DNA of 64,000 nucleotides from Octopus vulgaris (taxonomy: Eukaryota), in assembly GCA_951406725.2 (NCBI GenBank), contig OX597829.1, forward strand, positions 29,388,001-29,452,000, given 5' to 3'. Position numbers and translations under genes: made by a program. The stretch's first letter is position 1. Every line of letters starts with the position of its first letter. This document shows positions 13,891-28,570 of the stretch, one piece after another. Under the pieces are notes generated by a model, which searched no databases, was not told the origin of the DNA, and saw only the letters and a program-made list of their open reading frames with translations.

Positions 13891-15564
13891 ATCAAGACAA
13901 CTATCACATGATATCAAGACAAGGAGAGATCAACTCAGACACACACATACACATCTATACATACAATGGGCTTCTTTCAGTGAGACTGAACTTGGAACCA
14001 AGTGATTGAGAAGCAAGATTCTTAACCATGCCAGTACGCACACACACACACACACACATACACTATTAAGTTAGATGTAAGGTGGAGAATAAGTAAGTTA
14101 AAAGAGTAGTGAAATATTAAGTATATCAGCTGATGTAGATAAGAGAAATAAGCACACTAAGTATAGATATAGACAGGATGTGAATAGATGAGTGCAGGGT
14201 GAAGAAATGTTGTGCTGACATTGGAACGTACAAGCAGTAAAGGCAGCAAGAGGGAAAGATGTTCAGTCTTTCACAAGACACAAGTGGCAAATGTTAGACT
14301 GCAGACATTTCGGACTTTTGTCAGCCTGGAGAAAGGGATCTTAAAATGACAAAGAGAAATTTGTATCCATATCCAATATTAACTTCCTTAAGTTCTTTGT
14401 GTAGCAAACATGTATATGTAGTGTGAATGACAAAGCAATAGGAATATCTAATGTGAACTGAACCTACATCTTATTAATAACTCAATTTCTTTAGCCTACA
14501 GATACTCCATTTACACATCATTTACAAATCCCCAACTATGCACTTGTTTTGCTCATGTCCTCCTGCTCCCTCTGATCATGTCATCTACTTCACAATCCTA
14601 GTGTTGGTTGTATGAATCTATAACACTACATTTCCCACAGTTATTATTATTGGATCATATTGCTTGAAATTTCAGCTAGGAACCCTTTGATCGGATTATC
14701 CTGCTTTATGAAAACACAAAATATTATTAAGAAGTGTGTTAGTTTCCACAATAATTGAAATATGATGTTTTATAGTTGTGAGATGTAACTATTGAATGAA
14801 TGTTGTCGAAGATCTAGTGAGACTAGAGTGATGAGAGGTGTATTTGATATATTGAATACATGCTATTAAGTAATCATCTTCATTTAAAGTCTGTTTCCAT
14901 GCCAGCATGGGTTAGATGGTTTGACAGGAGCTGGTAAGCTGGAGAGTTGCACCATGCTCCAGTAGTCTGTTTTGGTTTGGTTTCTACAGCTTGATACCTT
15001 TCCAAATGTCAACCATCTTGCAAAGTGCACTGGATGCCTTTTATGTGTCACCGGCACGGGTGCCTTTCACGTGTCACAGGCACTGGCCACAACAACAATT
15101 TCACGTTGCTTAACATGTCTTCTTAAAGCACAGCAAATATGTATTTTAAGCTAAAATACATACGGGGTTCTGAATTAGAGCAACAAGGAATGTGAATATT
15201 TTTTCTTTCTTTTGAAATAGACAAAATAAAGACATATTAGATAAGAACATGGTTTTCTAAAGAATCCCATGTATTGTTCCTAATGTGTAAATGGGGAGAA
15301 ATGCAAAGAAATTTGAAGAACAGTATGGAATCAAAACAAATATTATTAACATGTTTCTGTATTCAGAATTTATCAATATACATGCAATATTTCACATGAA
15401 AAGTAATCAAGAGATGCATTAGAAAATATGTCTCTTAACTTTATATTCAGAAAACATGATTTAGCCTGATAAATTGTGAATATTTTCCCTATCTCCTTTG
15501 GAAAATAAATATACAGGGAAAGAAAGAAAATACAAAGACTGCAATAAGAATTGAATACTAGCAT

Positions 15565-17370
15565 GGTATACACCCTTGGTTTGGTTTTGTGCCAGGGAGA
15601 AGCACAACTGATGCTATATTTCTGGTAAGGCAGCTGCAGGAGAAGTACCTAGCCAAAGATAAACCTCCGTATTTGGCTTTTGTTGACATGGAGAAAGCCT
15701 TTGACAGAGTTCCCTGATCCCTTATCTGGTGGTCAATGTGGAAATTGGGGATAAACAAGTGGTTTGTGAGAGCTGTAGAAACCAAGCATAGGGATGTTGT
15801 CAGTAAGGTGAGTGTTGGCAATGAATATAGTGATGAATTCAGGGTACAAGTAGAGGTTCACCAAGGATCGGTCCTCAGCCCCTCTTGTTCATCATAGTCC
15901 TCCAGGCAATAACAAAGGAATTTAATATGGGCTGCTGCTGGGAGCCTCTCCATGCTGATGACCTTGTTCTTATAGCTGAATCATTACCAGAACTAGAGAA
16001 AAAATTTCATGTGTGGAAGCAAGGTCTAGAATTGAACTGAGTTAACCTAGGAAAAACTAAAGTCTTTGAAAGTAGGAACACGGACAAATTACAAATTTCT
16101 TCAGGTAGATGGCCTTGCTTGATCTGTAGGAAATGTGCAGGTAGAAGTTCCATAAGATGTACTGGTGCAAGCTATGGACACATAAAAGGTGCAGCAATAT
16201 CAGAGGAAGGTTAACTGGTAAAATAGTTTGTGTGTGTGGAAGGTGCACAGGTACAAGAAACACTAAAAATGTACAGAAAATAGACTTCATCAAATGCCAG
16301 GTGGTATTCCTATAAGTAGTTGATAGTATCCATTATCTAGGTGACCAAGTTAGCAGTGGAGGTGGATGCTCCGAGAGTGTAGCTGCAAGAATAAGAATAG
16401 GCTGGGCAAAGTTCTCAGAGCTGCTACCTCTGTTGGAAACAAAGGGCTTATCCTTCAGAGTGAAAGGCAGACTGTATGATGCCTGTGTGCGAACTGTTAT
16501 GCTATATGGCAGTGAAACATGGGCTGTGACTGCCAAGGACATGCGTAAGCTTGAAAGAAATGAAGCTAGCATGCTTTGCTGGATGTGCAATGTCAGTGTG
16601 CATGTACAACATAGTGTAAGTAGTGAGAGAAAAGTTGGGCATAAAAGGCGCCAGATGTGGTGTACAAGAAAGACGACTGCACTAGTATGGTCATGTGATG
16701 TATATGAACGAGGACAACTATGTAAAGAAGTGCCAATCTCTAATTGTGGAGGGAACCTGTGGAAGAGGTAGATCCAAGAAGACATGGGACGAGGTGGTGA
16801 AGCATGATCTTTGAATGTTGAGCCTCATCAAGGCAATGACCAGTGACAGATCTTTGGCAATATGCTGTGCTTGAGAAGACCCATCAAGCCAAGTGAAATT
16901 GTAATTGTGACCAATGCTGGTGTCATGTAATGTGCACCTGTGCCAGAAGCACGTGAAAAGTACCTTTTGAGCATTGGGCCTCATAGAGGCAATGTGGCTG
17001 ACGCCAATGTTGCGTAACTAGCACTCATGTCAGTGACACATGAACAGCGCCTTTTGAGTGTTGGGCCTCATGGAGGCAATGACAAATGACCAAGACCTTT
17101 GGCAATATGCCGTACTTAAGTAGAAGACCCAACAAGCAAAGTGAAATTGTGGTTGTGGCAGATACTTGTATTACACAAATGATACCCATGCTGGTGGTAT
17201 GTAAAAGCACCCATGACTCTCTTGGAGTGGTTGGTATTAGGAAAGCCATGCAGCTGTAGAAACCATACCAAATCCGATTGGAGTCTGGTGCAGCTCCTCC
17301 GCTTACCAGCTACAGTCAAAGTGTCCAACCCATGCAAGCTTGTACAACGGATGTTAAATGATGATGAATG
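15565..17370 (+). mobile_element. RTE-clade LINE, 5'-truncated and decayed
   Basis: Motifs FGFVPGRSTTDAIF, AFVDMEKAFDRVP, HQGSVLSP, ADDL, YLG and LYGSETW. The 3'UTR ends in an (ATG)n tail. Confidence 0.93.
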
Positions 17371-17785
17371 ATGGGAAGGAATTAAAAGAACTAGTACCTT
17401 TTATTGATAACTTTATATTTATATTAGATTTTGCATCATTAATTACATGTCTCTTATGGACCAACCATTAGTTAATTTACAAAAGTAAGAGTGACAAAGG
17501 ATTGTCTGTACAACCTGAGTGGTATAAATGTCAGTAGGATTTTCATTAAAAGGTATGGTCAGTAGGTTTTCTCACTAGTATTTATCAATTACTGATATAC
17601 ATAACTGAACAATAGATACATATACTTACATACATATGTACACATATATACACACATACATATATATATGTACACACACACACATATGTACATATACACA
17701 CACACACACACACACAGATATGTACATATATACACACACACATACACATATGTACATATATATATACCTCCCCACATGCACATAT

Positions 17786-18212
17786 ATCATCATCATCATC
17801 GTTTAACGTCCGCTTTCCATGCTACATGGGTTGGACGATTTTGACTGAGGGCTGGCGAACCAGATGGTTGCACCAGTCTCCAATCTTGATTTGGCAGAGT
17901 TTCTACAGCTGGATGCCATTCCTAACGAGAGTGTAGTGGGTGCTTTTTACGTGCCACGACCTTGCTCAAATCCTTTTACATATGCCACCAGCACAGGTGC
18001 CAGTAAGGCAACTTTGGTAACGATCATGCTTGAATAATGCCCTTTTATGTGCCACTGGCACAGAAGCCAGTTGGCTGCTCTGGCAACGATCACACTGGGA
18101 TGGTACTCTTGGCACCCTACTAGCACGGGCACAAGTGCCAGTAAGGTGACGTTGGTAACGATCATGCTCGAATGGTACCCTTTAAATGCCACTGGCACGG
18201 AAGTCAGTTAGC
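17786..18212 (-). mobile_element. RTE 3'-tail element with internal tandem repeats
   Basis: (CAT)n-cgtttaacgtccgctttccatgc...ggatgcc..cctaac is the reverse complement of the RTE 3' end at 17200-17370. More than a dozen similar copies occur in the window (e.g. ~800, ~8407, ~14875, ~27175, ~43184, ~48500, ~49680, ~50530). Confidence 0.85.
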
Positions 18213-18531
18213 CACACACACATATATATGTACATACACACACACATATATGTACATACGCACACACATATATGTACATACGCACACACATGTACATACA
18301 CACACATATATGTACATACACACACACATATATGTACATACACACACATATATATGTACACACACACACATATATATGTACACACACACACACACATATG
18401 TACATACACACACACACATATATGTACATACACACACACATATATATATATACATACACACACATATATATATATATACATACACACACATATATATATA
18501 TATACATACACACACATATATATATATACAT

Positions 18532-18566
<35 letters not shown>

Positions 18567-18578
18567 CATACACACACT
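18213..18578. repeat. Compound (CA)n/(TA)n microsatellite array
   Basis: Repeats of cacacatatatgtacata, read directly from the sequence. Confidence 0.95.
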
Positions 18579-19677
18579 CATTAATATATATGATTGGCTC
18601 CTACTTTGTTTCTTCTCCATCAAATTCCACTCCCAATTCATGGAGTCAGCCCATGGCTATTTCACAAAATCTGTTTGTTTAAAGTGCAATTGATATTGAC
18701 AATTACATACAGTACAAATGAGGTTATAAGACAAAGACTGTATGGTGGTCTATCATGCACTAATGAGAATTCAATCATTCCACCAACTGAATTACTTGCT
18801 CCTGATTAATGTGTATGTTACTGAGTATTTCAGATACATGAACTCTTAACATGTTTACCAGGCAGAATCAGCATGGCAAAGTGTGTGTGTGAGACAAGGC
18901 TGTACCTTTGAAATATGTGTTCAATCAACCTAATGGGCTTCTACACAGTTTCCATTTTACCCAGTCTCACTCACTCAACCTGAAGCTATAGAAAATGACA
19001 TTTGCTCAAGATGCCAGGTAGTTGCAAAGCAAATTTTTTTTAATCATTTGGCTATATAGTAAACTACTGAACACGTATTCATCAGTACAGACTACACTAC
19101 TACTACTGCTGCTGCCACTACATTCTATCCTACAGTACTGTTCTTACTCCAATCTGGCTGGCCAAACAACAGATTCTACTACCTACTTCATGGTTGAGTG
19201 GTCAATTGTAAAACATTTTCTGTATCAGAAAGCTCCCTTATTTTTAAAGTGTTCACGTTTGAATTTAAATATTCCAATATAATACGTTAAATCATAATGT
19301 TAACATAAATTTAACAATGACAGTTATTTTACTAAATCCCACCGTATTTTTGATATTTCACAAAAATTATTTTCAAAACTAAATGAAAACCATAGAATGT
19401 GTATTTGTGAGAAATATAGATGCAAACAGGAAATATTTTGGATTGATTACATAAATTAGAACATTTATCACTAGTGGTGTCACAACTGTGGCTTGGGATG
19501 AGTTATGTCATGATAGATATGGAATGGGATTATTAGTGTTAACAATGTTAAATGATAGAATGACATATGCAAGAAGATTCAGAAGACCTTTGAGCATTTA
19601 AATGATAAATGAATTAGAATACTAGAGAGACACTTAAATATATGGCTACAGAAAGTATATTTTAATGAATAATTTAA

Positions 19678-19894
19678 CCCTTTTGTTACGAACCCGGCAG
19701 AAACTGGTTCTGGCTCTGAGTACAAATGTCTTATTATAAGTTTTGAATTAAAATCTTCCACCAAATCTTAGTCACAATTTATGTTCCTAACACTAGCTGA
19801 ATGATAAGTAAGTTATTTTACAAAATTCTTTGTTATATAGAACATAATTGAAAGAAACACAGAGCATCTCAAAATAAATACAGTAACGAAAGGG
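19678..19894. mobile_element. piggyBac-type MITE
   Basis: TTAA|CCCTTTTGTTAC...GTAACGAAAGGG|TTAA. An older copy lies at ~25798-26013. Confidence 0.85.
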
Positions 19895-19989
19895 TTAACA
19901 TGTAGAACAGAGGGAAAAAAATGCATGTAAAGGATAAAACAAATATCATTAATAAAGTAAAAGAAAGAAAAAGAAAACCATCTACTAAC

Positions 19990-20148
19990 ATCTGACAAAG
20001 TGAGTTGCTTTCCGTTGTCGTAAGAACCATCCTTATATATGCCAGATGCCCAATCTCCATAAACCAGACCCTTTTGGACCCAAAATTCTGATTCGGGATT
20101 GTCAAAATCAGTAAATACTTCTTGTTCTGATACATACACGTACATATC
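19990..20148 (-). CDS. CLPTM1: CLPTM1 coding exon 3 (DMYVYVSEQEVFTDFDNPESEFWVQKGLVYGDWASG...LTLSD)
   Basis: Acceptor ttttgcag|GAT, donor GAT|gttagt, 159 nt, phase 0-0. Contains the CLPTM1 hallmark VYxSE..FTDF....FW....LVYGDW.SG. Confidence 0.95.
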
Positions 20149-21436
20149 CTGCAAAAAATTTTTTAAAATAGCATTGTAGTCATTTTAGACAGTAACATGA
20201 AAAAAGTAAAAGAGAAAAGAGCAGGTGAGGAGAGAAGAGAAACAGTTAATAAAAATAATAGTAATTCAACTATTATAAATTGAAAAAGAAAAAACAGAAA
20301 AATAATAAGCAAACAGAATGGAAGCTGTAGGACTGTAAGAATTCTGGAAATGGCAATTGTCTCAATGGGGAAAAAAAAAAGAGAAAAAGAGCTCAAATAT
20401 TTAAACAATTATGTATACCTAAAATACTGATTACTCAAAGAAATTTTGCTGTTTACCAAAATTAAAAGCTGTATAACCAACAACTTAACATACTTTAATC
20501 CTTTAACCCTAAACTAGCCATGTCTGGTTCAAATATTGTTTTATCTTCAAATTGACCAGATCAGGCCTCTCACACCTACCTTACAATGTTATTGCAAAAA
20601 TAAACAATCACATCATCAAAATCTCAAAGCTACAAGATAATGCGTGATTATTCAAAACAATCTGATTAAACAAAGCATCACATTCGATAAAGTAACCTGA
20701 ATGCTAAAGAGTTAATCATAAATATGATTCCACATCATCAGTCCACAAAAAGGCATATCCAAATAACGGTATGGTTTACTGGTAAACCATACCTGTTTCT
20801 AGACTGCAACAAGCAAACTACATCACGTTATGAAATATATAAAACAAACTTTTCATAACATCATCATCATTTTGATAAATTGCAATGCTGTGCTAAAGTC
20901 TAAAAATTTTATCAAGAATAACCTCAAACAAACAGTCCTAAAAAAAAAAATTAATAGTTGGAATTTTATCTGGTGTTATTCATTGATTAATGATTTAACA
21001 ACTTGTAACTGTTTATTCTAAAAATTTACATGATCCTACTGCATATTTCCAATATGTATTTCAGATTTAACTTAGTTGATAAGGTGGCAAACTGGAAGGT
21101 TATCAAAATGTCAGAACACCTTGCAATATTTGTTCCAACACTCAGCATTCTGAGTTCAAATTGCACTGAGGTCAGCTTTGCCTCTGATCTTTTCAGGGTA
21201 AATATAAAAAAGCACCAATCCGGGATTTTAGATAGGTGGAACGGTTAGAGGGGTGGGAAAGATGCTTTGTAGTTCTGTGTCTCTACCCTCTGGAAGCAAT
21301 GTTTGCAATGATACTGGTACCAAGCTGGATCATCCCAAGTTGTTGACATTTGCCTTGGATGATACAGTCGGTTCAGGGAGGGGAGATTTGCATACATGGG
21401 CAAGTACCAGTTTCCTTCTAAAAATCTGTATAAAGA

Positions 21437-21752
21437 GTAAAGACCTTGAGTCATGAATGACCATGGGATTGCACTTAGAAAGTTACCCTCTGAGGCACAA
21501 GTCTGAGCAAAGTTGTTTATGGAAGATCAACAGTCGTCCATGCATACCAGCCTCCCCTCTCTATGCCACTGATGTTATCCAAGCAAAAAGCAAAGGCTGA
21601 TATAGCTTGGCACCAGTGATGTCACAACTCATTTCTACAGTTGAGTAAATTGGAGCAATGTGAAGTGTCTTGCTCAAGATTACAATACGCAGTCCAGTCT
21701 GGGAATCAAATTCACCACCTCAACATTCTAATCTCTGAGCCATGTGCCTTCA
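21437..21752 (-). mobile_element. Second tRNA-derived SINE family, inverted copy
   Basis: About 80% identical reverse complement of 23931-24268 (by eye). Confidence 0.8.
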
Positions 21753-22426
21753 TGCTTAGCTGATATACCATTATAAATAATAGTTTGGATAAAGTTATAT
21801 ATTTTATTCTATATGTGTCATTAATAAAATCATTATTATTCATTTTTAATTGACATATCTAATTAACAATAATTATTATCAACTGTACCGGGCAAATATA
21901 TTGTCAAATTTTAAAATATCATCTATGAAATATCAGTTAACTTCTATCTACTCAAAAGGCAATTTGGCATATAGCTATCAACTAACACACACTAAGATGT
22001 AAAAAATATTTATTACCAACAGCAAGTTTGCAATAAATATACAAGAAATAGTAACATTATTGATGCTCATCTTAACATAAGCTCATTAAAGGAGAAATGT
22101 AGTGTGTGTTTTTTTTACACTGATAAATTTAAGACTTTCAGCTTGAACTTCTGAAATTGTAAGTTTCAAAAAAATAATGGTTTTTAATTTAGGCACAAAG
22201 CCAGTGATTTTCAGGAGGGGGTTAGCTGATGCCATTGATCCTAGTATCTAACCAATACTTTATTTTATCAATCCCAAAAAGGATGGAAGGTAAAGTTGAT
22301 TACGACAGGCTTTGAACTCAGAATCAAGAGAATCAGAAGAAATACTGCAAAGTGTTTTTTTTTAACACTAGCAATTCTATGTATTTGTCACCTTACAGTT
22401 TCTAAATAATGAAAATTAATACTAAC

Positions 22427-22648
22427 CATAAGAAAACCTTTTGGAAAAACATTTGAAGACGGTTCTTGGACCGTCCGACTGTCAGTAGCAGGAGTTGGTG
22501 AACGTCGGAAGTAGCTGCTAACTAAATAAATGAAAATCATTCTAATGAAAAATGTCTTTGCAATACCCCACATATTAAATCTGTTCCTCTGCTGCTGAGG
22601 CTGCTGCTGCTCTTCTGTTTGTTCAACATTTTGATTTGCTGGTTCAAC
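22427..22648 (-). CDS. CLPTM1: CLPTM1 coding exon 2 (VEPANQ...WGIAKTFFIRMIFIYLVSSYFRR...NVFPKGFLM)
   Basis: Acceptor ttctttcag|GTT, donor ATG|gttagt, 222 nt, phase 0-0. Resembles the CLPTM1 N-terminal hydrophobic segment ending SSxFRR and the N-x-FPK motif. Confidence 0.92.
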
Positions 22649-22833
22649 CTGAAAGAAAGAAAATATGAAAATATTAAATAAAAAAAAACCCACTAAGCAA
22701 ATTCTTATAACAAATTTATTAATTTCTATTTTGGAATGGTGAAGATGAATCTGTAAAATCCAAGCATTTATGACATTGGGAACTACTGAAATATTGAACA
22801 GTTGTTGCTTTCCAGCTTTCTTCAGTGAATTTA

Positions 22834-23055
22834 ACACTTTAACATTCAAATCAGTCATATCCGGCCAAAATATTCTACTTGATTTATGTTCAAACTGGCC
22901 AGATCTGGCTTCTCCCATCTATCATATAATGTCATTCTAAAAATAAAGAACTACATCATTAAAATCTCAAACCTGTCAGATAATGCATCCTTTGTTCAAA
23001 ACAATATGAATAAATAAGCATTTATATTTGACAGAATAATCTGAATGCTGAAAGG
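22834..23055. mobile_element. piggyBac-type MITE, second family
   Basis: TTAA|CACTTTAACATTC...GAATGCTGAAAGG|TTAA. Related copies at ~20500-20715, ~23515-23722 and ~50110-50270. Confidence 0.7.
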
Positions 23056-23930
23056 TTAAAATCTAAATAATAGAACGTTGGTATTGATTGAACAACATGC
23101 AGTGAATATATATATATATATGCACAACCACTCAAATAGTACAAGAATGTTATCTGTAGAGAAAATAAAAGCTTTTAAGAAATGTTTGTACCATTAACTT
23201 TGATAAATCTGATGAAATTTATGAATATATTTAAAAGCAGTATCAATATAAATCTTGTGTCTAAAACACACATTTATTAAAATATCTACACAAACTTCTT
23301 TAAATATCTTCACAAGCTGGAAAATACTGTAATGTCATTTTACTAGCTGTCCCAGCTCCCTGAATTGGTCTATCTTGAAATAGAGACTTGACATTCAAAG
23401 ATTTAACTTTGCACCTTTTCCCCATGTGAATATTCCCACAGAGCCAGCACAGAACTTTTTCATCCATTAGCTTCACATGTCCTTACAAATATAGTTGTCT
23501 CATAAGTAATTATTTAAACTGGCCACATCTAGTCCAACATTTTCTACCTGTTTTATGTTCAAACTGGCAAGATCTGGCCTCTCACACCTTCCTAACAATG
23601 TCATTCAAAGCAAATAGTTACATCACTGAAATCTCAAAGCTACACTATAATGCTTGATTAATGCAAATCAATGTGAATAAATAAGCATTACATTTGATGA
23701 AATCTCAATGGTAAAGGGTTAAAATGTGATTTCCTATATCCACTTTAACTGATATTAACCATTGACCATGTATGCCTATACCCATTTTCCCATCACAGCA
23801 TTCACCTCTACTCCCATCTTTAACCATCTGTCACTCCATTCACACTCTCATGAGCTTATCAACTCACCTACTCTTTCTTATCTTCTGTCCCTACACTCTC
23901 TTTTATAGTTACCTTCTTGTACTCTGATGT

Positions 23931-24268
23931 GAAGGTGCATGGCTCAATGGTTAGAACATTGGGTTCACAAACATGAGGTAGTGAGTTCAATTCCCAGAAC
24001 AGGCTGTGTTATATTCTTGAGCAAGACACTATACCTCAGATTGCTCCAGCCCATTCAGTTGTAGAAATGAGTTGTGGTGTCACTGGTGTCAAGTTATATC
24101 AGCCTTTGCCTTTCTCTTGAATAACACTGGTGGCATGGAGAGGAGAGGCTGGTATGCATGGGCAACTGCAAGTCTTCCATAAACAACTTTGCCCGGACTT
24201 GTTCCTTGGAGTAGGATTTTCTATGTGTAATCCCATGGTCATTCATGACTGAAGGGGGTCTTTACCCT
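23931..24268 (+). mobile_element. Second tRNA-derived SINE family
   Basis: Head tggctcaatggttaga...gagttcaattccc and CORE-like cttgagcaagacact. Confidence 0.8.
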
Positions 24269-25539
24269 GTGACCTGATACATCATCACCATCTTTTTTTC
24301 TCTTTCCAGCTGGGGAAGCTATGTACCTCCTCTACAGTACAACACTTGTTTTTCTCCCTCTCTGTCATACATCAGCCTCTCAACACATGACATAAATCCA
24401 CTTCCCTCAATACATTCAGACATGGGAGTCTTGCCTTGCAAGTTACTTGGTACATGCTGTAAAATAGTTGTTGTTAAGAAGGATTTTCTATGGCTGGATA
24501 TCCTTTCTGTTACCAACACTCACCTGTTTCAAAGTAAGATGATATTTCCCCCATGACCAGATATGTTTCCACAATATTTGGAACAAAGGATATAATGGTG
24601 TCCTTTGTGACACCATGTTGAAGCAAAGAGACAGCATGTATACACGTGCACACACTCACACAAAATGATTTTCTTTCAGTTTCCATCTATCATGTTCAAG
24701 TCACACGGATTTGGTTGACCTAGGGCTATAGGTGTCACACAATGAAACAGAACCCAGGACCAGAGAGACAGCATACACTCACAAAGATTTGGCTGGTCTA
24801 GGGCTATGGGTGCCATGCCTGCACGTATAATGTAAATTAAATTAGCCAAGACAGTCCTGCTCAAAAATTTTAGGTATTACTTCACATATCTACAAAACAA
24901 TGATTAAAAGTATTCTTCATCTATCTTTTATCAGAATTGTTGATCATCAACTGAGACTCAATATGGTTGCTTAAATTGCTAGAAATAACAGTCAAACTAC
25001 ATCCAATCTTTTATGTTTAACTTGTTTTAGTGTCAGGATACAGGTAAGCTGGAACACCACCTTGAAGAATTTAATCAAACAAATCAAAACCAGTACTTGT
25101 TTTTAAGTCTGGTACTTATTCTATTAGCATCTCGTGCTGCACTGCTAAGTCATGGGAATGTAAACAAACCAATGCCAGTTATCAAGTTGTGGGGTGGTAC
25201 GTACATACATAATATATATAAACGATGCATTAGATAATGTAATACAGTAAATACAATTCCTGAAAATTGAATGATCAGAGCTTGAATTGTTTTGATCACA
25301 GGCCTGGTTGGGACAGGGACCACTCGAGGTTAAACAAGGACAACTACTCATTATGAAAATACCTATGGAAGGAGTCTAGGGTTAGCACATCAGTTGTAAT
25401 GAAGTTAGTAGCTATTCCTCACAACTGAAAAAATTATTTAAAAATATAAATATAATAAAGGGATAAACCAAATTTAGAAAAAGTTTGGTTACAACTTTGC
25501 AAGCCCATAATTCATGTATTAGTAATATTCAACCTTGCT

Positions 25540-25755
25540 AAGGCAGTGAGCTGGCAGAATCGTTAGCACATCAGGTGAAATGCTTAGTGGTATTTCATCC
25601 ATCTTTACACTCCGAGTTCAAATTTTGTTGAAGTTGACTTTGCTTTTCATCCTTTTAAGGTCGATAAAATGAGTACCAGTTGAGCAGTGGGGTTGATGTC
25701 ATTGACTTAACTCCTCTGAAATTCCCGACCTTTTGCCAGAACTTGAAACCAATAT
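25540..25755 (+). mobile_element. Third SINE family
   Basis: aaggcagtgagctggcagaatcgttagc...gagttcaaatt...gactttgcttttcatcc...gtcgataaa. Copies at ~22200-22350 (-), ~31490-31720, ~39500-39620, ~57960-58150 (-) and ~58543-58735 (-). Confidence 0.75.
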
Positions 25756-28179
25756 TTGACCTGGTTGTAAAATTCAAGTGGGTCCATCTAAAGGTTAACA
25801 CTTTTGTTACTAACCCGTCTGAGACTGTCCTTGGTTCTAGAGGACAAATGACCGTTTTTGACGTGATCTAAATCAAAATCTTCCATCAAAATTTCATACT
25901 AATTTAAGTTCCAAACACCTGCTTAATGACAAAATTATTTTACCAAATTCTTAATTATTTAAAAAATTAATCAAAAGGGAGTGCATTTTATCAGATAAAT
26001 GGTAACAAAAAGGTTAATCAATGTTAATATTGGAGCCAGCAAGGAAACCTCAATGCAGTCAATCAACCTTCAAGAAATAGCAGTGAAATTTCCCTCAAAT
26101 CACACTTTACTATTTACTTAGAAATAAAGCACATTTGGATAATGCAATCGTAAATATTAAGAAAAAAAGAAAGAAAAAGAAATCGCAGTAGGCATGCTTT
26201 TGATGAAAAGCTTGCTTAATCAAGACTGACCTATAGCCAAATGATAACAGTGTAGTTAACAGATTTGCAGAGTTTAAATATGATATGAATATGCTACAGA
26301 TTAAATTTAATAAGTCTTGTTAAATTCACATTCACACACATTCAGAACAACTATTTATAAACTTCTAATGGCTTAACAGTTTTATTTCCATGCTTTCTTA
26401 TGAATATAATTGAGAATTACATTGTGCCATGTTAAAAGCACCCAGTACACTCTGCAAAGTGGTTGGTGTTAGAAAGGGCATCCAGCAGTAGAAACCAAGC
26501 CAAAAGAGACTATAAAACCTGGTGCAACTTTTGGCTTACCAGATCCTGTAAAATCATCCAACTAATGACAGCATGGTAAATGGATATTAAATGATGAATA
26601 CCTAGATGTTTTGTTCATTGACTACAATAGATCCAGATGTTCATCTCTTAACAAACATTATTCTATCAATTAAATTGAAATAATTAAAACAAATTGAAAT
26701 GGTCAAGGCAACATCTGATGAGTGTGGTTTCTTTACCATCCAATATTATAATGAAGTAACTTCTCCTAGACAGATAAACAAAATCAAAGAACATAGTTTA
26801 TGTCCTCAAGTATTCTTTTATTTGTTTCAGTCATTAGACTATAGCCATGCTGGGGCATTGCCTTTAAGGATTTAGTCAATCATGTTGACTAGTAATATTA
26901 AATCAGGGTACTTATTTTATCAATCTTATTTCTAACAGCTAAATTAAGGAACATACACAAATATAAACTCAGACACAGAAATATACGTACATGTATATGT
27001 AGGCACAGAATTGCTTGTATGGCTAGGAAGTTCTTCTCACATGTGGTTTTAAATTCAGTTCCACTGTGCAGTACATTGGGTAAAGCTCAGTATCTTTTAG
27101 TATAGTCCTAAACTGACCAATGCCTTATGACTGGATATAGTAGATGGAAACTACAAAGCCCACTGGTTGTCGTAGTCATCATCATCATTTAACATCTGTT
27201 CTCCATACTGGCATGGGTTGGACAATTTGATAACAGCTGGCAAGCCAAAAGGCTACGCTGAGCCCTATTGTCTGTTTTGGTATGGTTTCTACAGCTGAAT
27301 GCCTTTCCTAAGGCCAGGCACTTTACAGAGTTCACTGGGTGTTTTGTTTTTCCATAGCACCAGCAGGGTCAACAAGTATCTTGCAAGATAAGAAACTCCC
27401 CAACTCACCAACTGGTGGGAGTAGTATAGAGGTAGGAGCTTTGTGTCAGTTGATGAGAGGTTAAAAGAATAATAGTGGGATAGAGATAGGTGTCTTTCTG
27501 TAGAAGGGAAACAAGGATATCCCAGTTGAAGAAGAAATGGAGAGAGTGGGAGAGATAGTGATGGATATGTGTCAGGACATACCCTCAAAGTATAGTGGGG
27601 TGTATAGGTGAAGTGATACAGAGGATTGGACAGGGAGGGGAAGATAGAGAGGAAAATTTCATAAGAATGCTGAAAGGTGGCTAGATGGTATAGACTGTAG
27701 TAACTGAAAGTGAGATATATGAGTGGCTCAGTGGGATGGGGTGGTTATGTTAGATATGTGAGCACATGGAGAGAAATAGGAGATGAAAGAGGTTTAAAGA
27801 TGGAGTATAGCAGAGAAGAAAGCACATGGCTGGAGGAAGATAATGAGGAATGGAAGTGATTCTAAGAATGGAGTCTAGCAGAGGAGAGAGAAAACATAGC
27901 TGGAGAAAGATAATATGGAATGGGAATGGTTCTGGGAAAGGGGAAGGTAACAAAAGGGTTGGAGTGCACAGCATGTGCCTATTCTGCTCTCAGGTGATTA
28001 TGGTAGCTGAATAATATCAGAGGTAAAGAAGTGATGAGTGTAGGTAATGAGATGTGGAGGAATTTTGATGGGCAGAGAGAATGGCAGTGAGGAAGAGCTT
28101 TGTAAGTGCAAGCATTTACCATGGTGGTTTTAGGATATCAATTATGTTGAGGTGGCAGGGTGTTTTCAAGCACAGTAAG

Positions 28180-28570
28180 ACACCAGATACTCAATCCTTT
28201 GTCATCTCCTCCTTAGAGCTCAGCATCTTGAGATCAGCCCTCAATATGTCATCCAAAGTATTCTTGAGTTTCCCTCTTCCACAACTCCCATCCACTTCAA
28301 GTAATTGGCACTTTGCTATGCACTTGTCCTTGTCCACATGCACCACTTGACTGAACCAGCACAATCTTCTCTCTTGCGCACTACATCTAATTCCTTTTAT
28401 GCCTAAGTTTTCTCTCATACATGCACACTGACATTGTGTATCCAACAGGGCATACTAGCTTCATTTCTTTCTAGTCGTCACCTGTCCTCTGCATTTAAGG
28501 TCTATATCTCACCACAATATAGCAGTTAAAATGTGTACACAAGCACTATATAAGCTTTCTTTCACTTGGA
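28180..28570 (-). mobile_element. Decayed RTE LINE C-terminal fragment
   Basis: Translates as RENLGIKGIRCSAQERRLCWF...VDGSCGRG, homologous to 16600-16800. Confidence 0.8.

Noticed and set aside
22388-22918. 176-aa ORF as a standalone gene
   Set aside because: Only 22427-22648 is exon. The rest is intronic read-through starting inside a MITE.
23931-24002. tRNA gene (also heads at 44104 and 50275)
   Set aside because: A/B boxes are present but there is no complete cloverleaf and the sequence continues into a SINE body.
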